A DNA stretch of 59,516 nucleotides, filler included, from Asterionella formosa (taxonomy: Eukaryota): assembly GCA_002256025.1 (NCBI GenBank). It is 7 parts of 7 records of this genome, joined end to end, with 100 filler letters (N's around TTAATTAATTAA, not from the genome) between each part and the next. Parts side by side here need not be neighbours in the genome. Positions count along the whole stretch, not along the records: positions 42,593 to 51,005 come from NKIB01012228.1; positions 51,106 to 59,516 come from NKIB01012232.1; 5 more parts are not named here. One strand, 5' to 3'. The translations under genes and the position numbers were made by a program. Below, piece after piece: positions 49,840 through 59,516 of the stretch. Numbering within the stretch: the stretch's first letter is position 1; every line of letters starts with the position of its first letter. The notes under the pieces are model-generated. The model was not told the DNA's origin. It saw nothing but the letters and a program-made list of their open reading frames with translations, and made no database searches.

Positions 49840-50650
49840 GTTAACTCCTTACATTATTTGGTACAAGGCCATCTACTTTAATCTTCATGAAACCCGCAGA
49901 TGTAGAGCCATCCTTCCCCAAAAAGTCGACCTGTTCAGCTTTTTCAACAGTCGCCAAAATATTGGAATCGGAATTTGTATGTGCAAAAACGTTCTCGTAC
50001 ACTTAGATTCTTGCGTAGGGGGTATGTTTTGCTGAATAATTCTTAGTCTTAAAATTAAAAGACTCCAAGGTAATTGCCTCTCTAAGGTCCGGAATACTGT
50101 CAAGATTCGCTCAGAGCGAGATGAAGAAGTTGAAAATCGAAATGCATGATTGCCCCTCCTCATTTCGCTTCAGCCGATCGGCATCATTTAAACAAAATTT
50201 ATTTAGCTAAGAAAACAAAAGACTAAGTAGGATTCTTTTTACAATGACTTTCTATTGCCCCATTTTATCAACGAACGTTTGAAGCACAAAAGGTTGCATG
50301 TGCTACCCTTAGACCTATTTATCTCAAGAACAGCCACGAAAACTCAACCTATGTACGAGTAGGAACATTGATCCTCCATCATACGTGCACAGGAACAACT
50401 TTGCTTGTCTGAAGCAGAATCAACATACCGGTATCTCTAGTATTCGTTCCAAAACGTATGACTCGCAGAACGAAAAAAAGGATGGTTCTTTTTTGGCTCT
50501 CATGCGTTGTACCGATACTACGGTATATTCACATACAAAATATGATTAACGTGGTAAACAGATATTGTGCAATTGCTCATATTTTATTACCGGTATATTG
50601 CTTATAATCGTTGCGATGCTCATTGCTATGGAGTATAGCATTCCAAAGCA

Positions 50651-51005
50651 ATGTTATTCGTCAATTTCAACTCAATTATCAAGGGACAAACCATAATTGC
50701 GTTGTATCTATTGACTGCATTCTTAATTTGTTTTCGTACTTTGAGTTCGGTGGGTTTTAGCGAAAGAGCGATTCAGAGCGCCGAAGCCTTTGAACCGTCC
50801 CAAGTGAGCACATCCTCCCAGATGCTGGTACCCCCAAAAAACTTGACACTATTCATTTGCGGTTATCCTCCAGGAGGATTCGAAGACCATGTCTTCCCAG
50901 AATACAGGAACAAGCAAATTTTGTCCATTGACTCGACACCAACCTCAAACGACATTTTGATTTTTGGTGTGTTTGGTCGATGCGAGGCCGACACAAACTC
51001 GTTTC
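50651..51005 (+). CDS. N-terminal fragment of a type II membrane protein; paralogue of 42593-42947
   Basis: Same length and same breakpoint; nearly identical from TLFICGY onwards. Confidence 0.68.
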
Positions 51006-51105
51006 NNNNNNNNNNNNNNNNNNNNNNNNNNNNNNNNNNNNNNNNNNNNTTAATTAATTAANNNNNNNNNNNNNNNNNNNNNNNNNNNNNNNNNNNNNNN
51101 NNNNN

Positions 51106-52390
51106 TGGTGATCCATTCGTTGCCGAAGTAATAACAACTGAAACTGACGACAATGCTGCACAATTTGTGATTGAAGGAGTCAAAGTGAGATCCAACAATC
51201 GTCGACTGCCATTATCCTCGTTCATATTTATCTTGGTGGTGGTGGTGGTATCTGTATCACTTGCAACTTTCATGATTACCAACCTATTTCACTCAATGGA
51301 AAGCAATATTGCGACATCAAGTACAGCAACAGATTCACCAGCTAGCTCACCAATTGGCGAGAATCACTATGATCAATGGACGATTTCTGAATATTTATTT
51401 CATGATGTCAAAGAAGGACCCTCTGTAGCAAAGCTAGATGCTGGGAAACCATTTTTGGAAATGCTCAATCGAACGGACGTAAACTTCACCTATTTTGGAT
51501 TTACCAATACAGCTACTCTCCTAGGAAATGTAGATGTGTCACTGATAGCTAAAATATTCAAGTCATCATGGAATGGTCATGTGGTAAGCTTTCAAATGCT
51601 TGAGTCTCGTCTCATGACATATTTCGCTCACCAGGAATTCACAAAAACTAATCCTTTTCATTTTCAATTCTACCGGTAGCTCAACATGTTTCAAGGAATC
51701 ACTGTCATGGGTCACGCTTGGGTCATGACAGATCTGTATAGTGGATTGGTACTTACATCCATGGCTGGGTATCCACTTGAGATTCAATTAGACCCTTTTC
51801 GTGTAAATGACAATTTAATGTCTTCGTCTTCGACAGAACGAAATATTATTTTGAAGAATGGAGTTATCCACAATTCAATGGAATTTCCAATGCCCTTGGT
51901 CCCATGGATGAATAAATCAACATGGGAAATATTACTGGAAACCAATGATCAACGTCAAGGTGATCTTTCCATCTTTATTGATTTAGTAAACCGAACTCAA
52001 TCAGTTTTCAGCATGTTCCAAAATGATTATGATAATGGAATTACAGTGTTTGTTCCCAATAATACTGCATTCAGTATTTGGATGGATGAAAGTAATTATC
52101 ATGCGACGACCAACAATTCCACATTTGTGGAAATTTTATTATCCAAACACATTTCTCCTTGTAACTTTGCAAGAAATTGTTGGAGGACAATGGATATAGT
52201 TTGTGGTGAGAAGATTAGTTCCACTGAATTAAAACTCACCTCCAATTTTGGAAATGCATTTAATCTCACAATCCACAATGACCTGGATGTCATAATTAAT
52301 GAAGAAGCAAGGATTGTTCAAGAAGATATTTTCTCACTATATGGTATCCTTCATGTGATTGACAAGACATTACTCATGTCTTATTACTAG
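51106..52390 (+). CDS. Fasciclin (FAS1) domain membrane protein, 3' portion; intron 51584-51679; 5' portion at 59131-59516
   Basis: TM segment FIFILVVVVVSV; FAS1 motifs ITVFVPNNTAF and DIFSLYGILHVIDKTL; GTAAGC..ACTAAT..TAG intron joins two in-frame ORFs. Confidence 0.85.
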
Positions 52391-52514
52391 ACAACTACCA
52401 TCAGTTTTCTTCAACTCACGCACTTACCTTTATCATCATCTACTCGTCGATTGACGCCCTTGCCCATCTATCCTCTTACCGAGATTTCTACAATCATACC
52501 CCTTGCCACCCAAC

Positions 52515-54219
52515 ATGCGCAAGCGGAATAACGCTCCGATCGCATCAATGGCGCTCGCAAGAATCAACGGACTTTCCGTTCTCGCGTTGTGTCTCACAGC
52601 TGTGTTTTACATGAGTCATGTCAGGAACACAATGCTTTGCTTGAAGCAAAAATTTATTTATAATGAAAACGAATTGAGGGTGGATAGCAGCATTCCGGAA
52701 TCTCTTCACGGTGAAAGAGTTAATAAAAACATCGAAATTATTCCATGCAGCGTGCAGCAATTGACAAATTCTAGTACACCAACCCAGCAGGACAAGCGTG
52801 CCTCAACGAACGAAAATGCAAAGAGATTTCTTGTTAGGCTTGATTCCTTTCATTGCCAATTAGAGCGTGAGTATACGAGTGAATCTCCACCTGCAACATT
52901 TGTCCCTTTTGTATATTTTGAAATATCAGAATGCCCTATTGAATATATGAAGCATCCACCTTCAGAATCTCAGCTTTAACTCAAGATCACCATTTCATGG
53001 GCTGGGTAGGCCAGCGAGTTGCTGTCAAGGATGGATGTGGCATCTACAAGGCAAAGATACCCATTGTACATAGTAACGAATTTGCGTCAGTGCACCTCCA
53101 CTGGACATCTCATAGACTGTCATATACCAATCGACTCAGTGATGTTGATTGGGCATACAATGCAAAATCGATAGTGGACCAACATAATCTCAGCGACTTA
53201 GTGGTACGTGAACACCTTGGAGAGGATAGAATAGATTTTATTAAAAATCATCTTGAGGCAATTCCTGGCATGCCATTCAATTTCACGATTGAAAAAGGTG
53301 ATTTAGGACTTTCATCACCTGGCCCAGAGAAACTACCAGATTGCTCAGACGTACCAGTATCCCATTGGACCCCCGCTGGTTTGCTGCATTCAGGAGAGAG
53401 CTGGAAATTTGCGTCTTCTCGGTGCTCATTTCATGACAAAGGAATTGACGAGTTAAATGAAAGAATGAAGGGGATGAGAATTAGATTCTTGTTGGACAGC
53501 CACGGCATCGATTATTTGGCCCCTGCCTGGAAAGCTTTAGTGTGCCCTCAAAGTCCATCAGCTAATGATTTCTTCCTTCATGACTATGACTGTCCAGATC
53601 ATAAAAATACCTTTGTTTTCGCCCCTCGGTTTTTTCGAGCTGTATACTCTGACAGTGATTTAAAGTCGGACTTTGATGGCATATCAGCCGCATTGCGACA
53701 AGGTCTACCTAGTGCCTGTAAAGATATTCTTGGTCTCGGTCTTTACAATGCAACAATTATTGGTATCCCAACATGGATATACGTATATGAAACAAAAGAA
53801 GGTCAGGACAATATTATTACTTCCATCGAAAGTCTACTACAGAATTGCAAGGAAAGGTTCCGATGTATAAGGATCATATTGTCTTGATACAAACATCAAC
53901 GTCAGTCACGTCAGATCCACAAGAAGGTCTGGCAGAGGCTTGGAGAGCAATACACAATTTCAACATTGAATCTTTTTCAGCCTCTATTTCTCAGCGCCTC
54001 GGTCCACTAGTGGATGGCATTATTCCAGTCTTTGACATGACATACGCAAAGGAATATTTTGAGCCCTTGAGCAGTGATGTCCATCACTCCAGGAAAACAT
54101 ATCAAAACATAGCTCAGGTTCAGGCCATGTCAGTGATATCTGCGATGAAAACTCGGGAGATCCAAAATACTCTAGAGGATCCACGGTGGTTTGCTAATTT
54201 TCCTTTGGAATATACCTAG
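52515..54219 (+). pseudogene. Type II membrane protein, possibly SGNH/PC-esterase-like, with two apparent frameshifts (~52945 and ~53860)
   Basis: Three consecutive ORFs joinable by small slips; N-terminal TM; C..(12)..MKGMRIRFLLDS and SDVHH resemble GDS/DxxH; no clear introns at the breaks. Confidence 0.55.
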
Positions 54220-54279
54220 ATAACAAAATAGTCTATCAATGAATGATGTCCTAGACTATATAGTATACCGGTACAATAT

Positions 54280-57200
54280 TGTTAAAGTAAATAGTACTCT
54301 TGAGTAGTATACGTCTATACTTCACTCTCCCCTAGCTATTTCTCGTGATCTACTTCTAGATCTTTACTTAACGTCAGAAATTCACTTTCTGCTTTACTTT
54401 TTTGTGAGCTTTCTATTACTTAGAATAAGCTCCTTCCTAAGATCTGTTTTCGATCTTTCAACTTCTACCTCAATCATTTTATCATTTTTCTACCAAAACA
54501 ATTCTGTGGTCCCTGGGAGCCACATTTACTATAACACATAGTTGGAGCATAATCATAGTTGCAGTCACTTTTGTGACTTGATTCAGATGATCCCTTCACT
54601 ATTTGTCACTCTCCCTGATCTCTGCCTGTTCCAACAGTCAATTGTACCATTTGAGATATTAGACACATGTAGATCGTGGATTCTGGTTATGTGATTTTTT
54701 GACAGAAGATCTGATGGATTCTTCTCCGTGTTGACATATTGAACTCTTATGTCTCCACATTCAACTTTCTCGCGTATAAAGTGATGTCTCACATCAATTT
54801 GTTTTGTTTTTCCTCCGACTTGCTTGTTCTTCGATAGGAATATTGCGCCAGTGTTATCTTCTGAGATAATGCTTGGTAATTCAACAGTAGCGATTTCGTT
54901 TAAAAGATGTGCAGTGAACGTTGTTTCCTTTTCTCCATCTGACAGTGACACATTTTCAGCCTCAGTGCTTGACAATGTCACAATTACCTGCCCTTTTGAT
55001 TTCCAATTAACTTGCGCAGTACCGCCAATGGTTCCCAAATAGGCACTTGTTGATTTTCTTGTGTCAGGATTATCGCCGAAAGAGCTGTCAACGACATCTT
55101 GTACACATAGTTCCTTTGGTGGTCTCAACTTCAATCTTCGATTTTCGGGTTTAGCACAAATATACCCAAGTAGTCTTTCTACTGCGTTCCAGTGCTCATA
55201 ACTTGGATTATCTAAATGTTGTGACAATTCTCGGCATGCATTGGAACAAACAGGAACAATCTTTTTAACATAGTATAGTAGCTTGCCTACCATAGATCGG
55301 TACTCTTTATGCTTCACTGGATTCCCAGTTGACTTTCTCAACGTAGTACTGGGGAAAGCCGGAGTTGCTGAATCTTTTGGGAAATGTCCAAAGATATCTT
55401 TGAAATCATCTTTCATACCTTGTACAAAACTTTCCATACTACTCTCCAAGTATCATCCTGTAGAATCCTTTCCCCATTTGTACCACACACCCAGGTGTTT
55501 CTTCAATTGTCCAAGTTCTTTAATTGTGAAATATTTCTTCATCTCCTTCTTGAACCACTCTACATCACTAGGCTTTCTGGCTACTGCGCAGTCATCAGCG
55601 TGTGAGGCAATTACCGTACATGGGTCTACTAGACATTGAGTCAGACCAACTAATTTCAAAATTTCAACCAGTTTCTTAAAAAACTGCAAAGCTCCCTGAA
55701 CTGTCCCATCCATCACTTTTTTTAGCAAGATGCAATAATTTTCGGTGTCGGCTTTTGTTTCATAGCCAAGCTCTTCTATTCCTTCTGGCCAGCCAATATA
55801 GATTGCTTCGTCCATATCACCTTCTAGGAATGCCGCTTCCACATCAACAATTTCGCAAATACATCGTTCGTTAACATCCTTGCTGTGATTATAGAGTGTG
55901 ATTGCAAAAACTGTTGTAAGTTGTATCTGTGGCAACTGGGGCAAATGACTCTGTGAAGTCGACGCCAGGGATTTGTACATATGCCTTCACAAAACTCGTC
56001 CTTTATAGCGGATGGATAAGACTTGTTCAGACTTCTTCTTGAACACCAATCGACTGCCTAGCATCTTGCCTTCATTGAGCATTTTCCTTGGAAATTTCTC
56101 CCACACTTTGTGTTTGTAGAAATTGTTAATTTCCACTTTCATTGCTTTGATTCACTTATCACGTTCAGGATCAGTCATTGCTTGTTTGTACCCTTTTGGT
56201 TCTCCAGGATCAGATGCTAATGATGTTGAATATATCCAATGTATTTCAATGACTCTGTCAATTTCATTGACCATTGTTGTAGAATCTCTTCGTGTTGTTT
56301 TGGTGGTGGTAACGCCATCATTAGTGCTCTTCTAGCATTTTTCATGGGGATCTGTGTCCATCCATCCAATTTACTCATTTCTTGTTGCAATTTGCTGTCT
56401 TTAGAAGCACTATCTGTATTCTCTATCCCTGCTTCAGGGTTTGCAAATTGCACATGAGGTTTAATGGGGGGGGGTATCGTTGTAGCTGGGGTACTAGCTC
56501 CATCGTCACCAAACACTGGTGGGGTATCACAATTGCTGGGGGTATTTTGACATTTTCTGTGATGTCATAATATATGGTCATATCTGTTGTGATATTGGAC
56601 TTCCCATGCCACTCTCCGCACGTGATGTTCTTAGTATTGATCACTTTCTTGGTGTCTGGCTGGTACATTTTGTATGTGTCCCCTGCATGGTTGTCAGAGT
56701 ACCCAATCATTATACACTTAGTAGCTTTAGCCTCAAGCTTAGATATCTTGCTTTCCTGGCATTTTTACCCAACCAATTCTTCCAAATTCAACAAGATTAT
56801 CATGTATCTTGGGACATTTCCCATAGAAAATCCAATCTGGGCTTTTCTGCATGTCATTTGTGTTGCATACACTATTTGTGAGGTGTGTGTGTGTGTTGAT
56901 ACTTTCTGCCCATAAGAGTCCTTGTGAATCATCAGAAAATTTAGCCTACAACATTGCAGCGACGCTTCTGTCCCTAATAGTTACAAATTTGCGTTCCACC
57001 ATACCGCTTCTTTGCTGTGGGGTGTGTGGAGCAGTAAATTTGATAGTGATATTAAGCCTGTCACACATTACAGAAAGTCCCTTGATATTTTCCCCAGCAT
57101 TGTTAGCATTGCGCAATTTAACCAATAGTGGTTCCACTGTAGCCACCATCTGCGACTTTTTCTTGACAAAGAAACTCCAGGATTTTCCACTATCATATTC

Positions 57201-57569
57201 ATCAATGACCAAAATCCATTAAGTACTCCCAACAATAGACTTCTTGTAAGGGCCACTTATCTCTGCACCTTAACGCTCACCTGCCATAGTTGCTTTGTTA
57301 GTTGCAACTTTACTAGGTACAGCCTTTGATTTTGCTTTAGCCAAAGCACATCCCTCACATGGCTGCAGGGCTCCACTGGTCTCAATACCAATCGACTTCA
57401 ATGTAGCACGCAGAGCTGCCTCGCTAGTGTGCCCATGTGCAACCTTGATGTCCATACTTTTCTTAGGTGTAGGCTTAATAGGGTTGCTGGTCGTTGGCAC
57501 AGCCTCCTCGTTGTTGTCCTCTGTGGACAATGCTGTCTCGTTGCCGTGTTTTCTAGTACCATGCATATA
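54280..57569 (-). mobile_element. Degenerate Ty1/copia element, 5'-truncated; putative 3' LTR 54280-54608
   Basis: GAG-pre-integrase HGHTSE..CEGCALAK; integrase TAPHTPQQ..VERK; RT VDVEAAFLEG, HADD; RNase H VTLSSTEAE, EDNTGAIFL, IDVRHHFIRE; purine tract AGGGAGAG then TG...CA. Confidence 0.92.
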
Positions 57570-57660
57570 CCGTAAAACCTGGTGTCTCGTTTTCCCCCAG
57601 ATACCTGTACCCCCCTTCGTACATCTGGAACAACAACCCCAAATTTTTTATGTCTACAGA
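57570..57660. mobile_element. DNA transposon terminus (TA|CCGTAAAACCTGGTGTCTCG) abutting and truncating the Copia
   Basis: 20-bp exact match to the reverse complement of 17183-17202; preceded by TA. Confidence 0.65.
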
Positions 57661-59130
57661 AAATAAAAGCATGTTATTGTATTCTGGCTATTTATTAATG
57701 AGTTTACTATAATTGTATTCTTACCGGTCACCAATCAACAACAACACGAGCGATGTCAATGACATTTGCGATGGCGATATCCTTTTCCTGAGATCTATTT
57801 CAAAAGTCGAAGCTGCAACTTGCATGCTTGTTGTGGAGCGATTATCAAGCTGAATGCTAAAGGCTCAGGCAGTTCTGGCCTTGATGTTGTCGGATTGCCG
57901 GAAGTGTTCATAGAATCATTTCGTCTGCTGCCTCATTATGCAGAAATATTTCGTGAATGTCAAGATTCTGGTCGAATAATCATATAAGTGATGTGGTTGG
58001 CTTATATTAATTTCCATCACGATCCAAGTCATAGAGTCTACACAAGATAATCCCGTTGTAGGATTAGGTACAAATGCGTATACACACTTGGAATTACTAT
58101 TGATGCCATCACAAAACTCGGGGGCACCGGTGCACCAAAAATAGAAATTCTATTGATCATAGAAACTGTTTGAACCTAGACCACCGGTATATGTTTACCG
58201 GTGTATGTATTCCATCACAATTGCATCTTTCCTGAAGGCTGCGCTTTGATCGAGGGGGGTGTCAGTGTGTCGACATCCAGCTAAACCGTCAGTCCTACCA
58301 GTGCATAACTACACACAGTTAATTACAGAACCAGGTACCCTGTAAACACGTTTTTTTTCCGCTTAATATCTCGATTACCGGACCTGCCAGTCGTAGTCCT
58401 AATTTTGCATTCGTTAGCTGTTTGTATGCCGGTATATAGCGGAAAACCATATGCAGTTTTACCATACGCAAATCCTCGAAAGGTAGACTTCTGGTACCAG
58501 GTAACGTACTTGCAGATATATATGTCCTCAGTCACACATCCTAAATGTCACAAATTCTCATTGTATACACATCCCGGTTTGCAACAAATGTCATGCCGGT
58601 TGGTAGGAAATTTGTTGTATGATTTGGCGGTACCTGGCACTAGGGTAACGTCATTCCTCACCGGTCGGTCAGTCACGACACCACGTATTTATTTTGAATA
58701 TTATTAATAGGAATACACACCACACACCACTTGTGATTTTCCAGCTTAGAAATGGAATGATGATTAGTTCGCATCATGGTTTCTAAATGTATGTACCGGT
58801 ATATGTATTGAGTGAACTGACTTACGGGTACTAACTGGGAGGTACTTAGTGTTACGCTGTATCCTTTAACATTTATGAATAGTCCACAGGTGCACAGTCT
58901 ACCGGTATATGCATATTCTTCTAAATAGCCAACCTAATGCCATAAATGGAGGAAGTGACCACGTACATAGGGCGACTCGGACATAAAACAAGCTCTGGTC
59001 ATCGTGACATTTACGTATGCTTGTACATAGAAATACATTTTTGGACTACCGGTATCCAAAGCACGCATAAAAAACAGAAAGCCAAGGCAAACAACCCTCA
59101 GCATCCTGACTGAGTCTATTGCATACGACG

Positions 59131-59516
59131 ATGCCATCCTCAAAGGACAAAGCGACTGAATGTCATGCTATTGTGGCAGCAATCCATCATGACGAGTCCG
59201 CCTCCTCCAAGATAATCCCAGCTGCATCACCACCTCCATCAGAATCTAATGGCGAACAAGTGCAAGTGCAAATGCAGCCTGGAGCGTATTTCAGCCATCG
59301 ACGAGCTCGAGGAGAAATTCCATCGTGGGCACAAAATGATACAAACGTCCAAGACGAAGAGGCACCAACAGGAACAGCAACAGCAACAGCAACAACTGAC
59401 GACGACGGCATACACCAATCTCATGGTGATCCATTCGTTGCCGAAGTAATAACAACTGAAACTGACGACAATGCTGCACAATTTGTGATTGAAGGAGTCA
59501 AAGTGAGATCCAACAA
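59131..59516 (+). CDS. 5' portion of the fasciclin gene (MPSSKDKATEC...QPGAYF...); continues in frame into 51107 onward
   Basis: Open frame from ATG 59131 with no stop; the last 93 bp are identical to 51106-51198. Confidence 0.82.
   Translation, partial: MPSSKDKATECHAIVAAIHHDESASSKIIPAASPPPSESNGEQVQVQMQPGAYFSHRRARGEIPSWAQNDTNVQDEEAPTGTATATATTDDDGIHQSHGDPFVAEVITTETDDNAAQFVIEGVKVRSN

Overview
This is eukaryotic nuclear DNA, most likely from a diatom. That assignment is an inference from the diatom-style HSF, a bacterial-type glucokinase, CoDi-like Copia and Ambal-like LINE relics, PGA-motif membrane proteins and short GT-AG introns. The window is not one locus. It is seven unrelated contigs of descending length (8423, 8420, 8417, 8416, 8416, 8413, 8411 bp) joined by an artificial 100-bp N44-TTAATTAATTAA-N44 spacer, so adjacency across gaps means nothing. 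Host genes: P5A ATPase, FG-GAP-repeat membrane protein (disrupted), HSF, N-terminus of a signal-peptide glucokinase, ATM C-terminus, AIG2/GGCT plus MAPEG pair, LMBR1-family protein, USP-Tudor protein, two inverted paralogues, a fasciclin and a frameshifted SGNH-like gene. The rest is dense TE debris (LINE with a 16-bp TSD, two Copia, MULE, Harbinger, Tc1/IS630-like, MITEs). I found no convincing new multi-gene system. The most notable signals are: (1) pervasive TA-x-TA microinsertions (TACCGGTA, TACCTGGTA, TACAGTA, TAGTA) that behave like stacked Tc1/mariner excision footprints; (2) the last contig closes on itself, with the fasciclin ORF reading in frame across the junction; (3) inverted paralogues with a sharp gene-conversion-like boundary; (4) a USP-Tudor fusion, a signal-peptide glucokinase and a possible tRNA-derived SINE.
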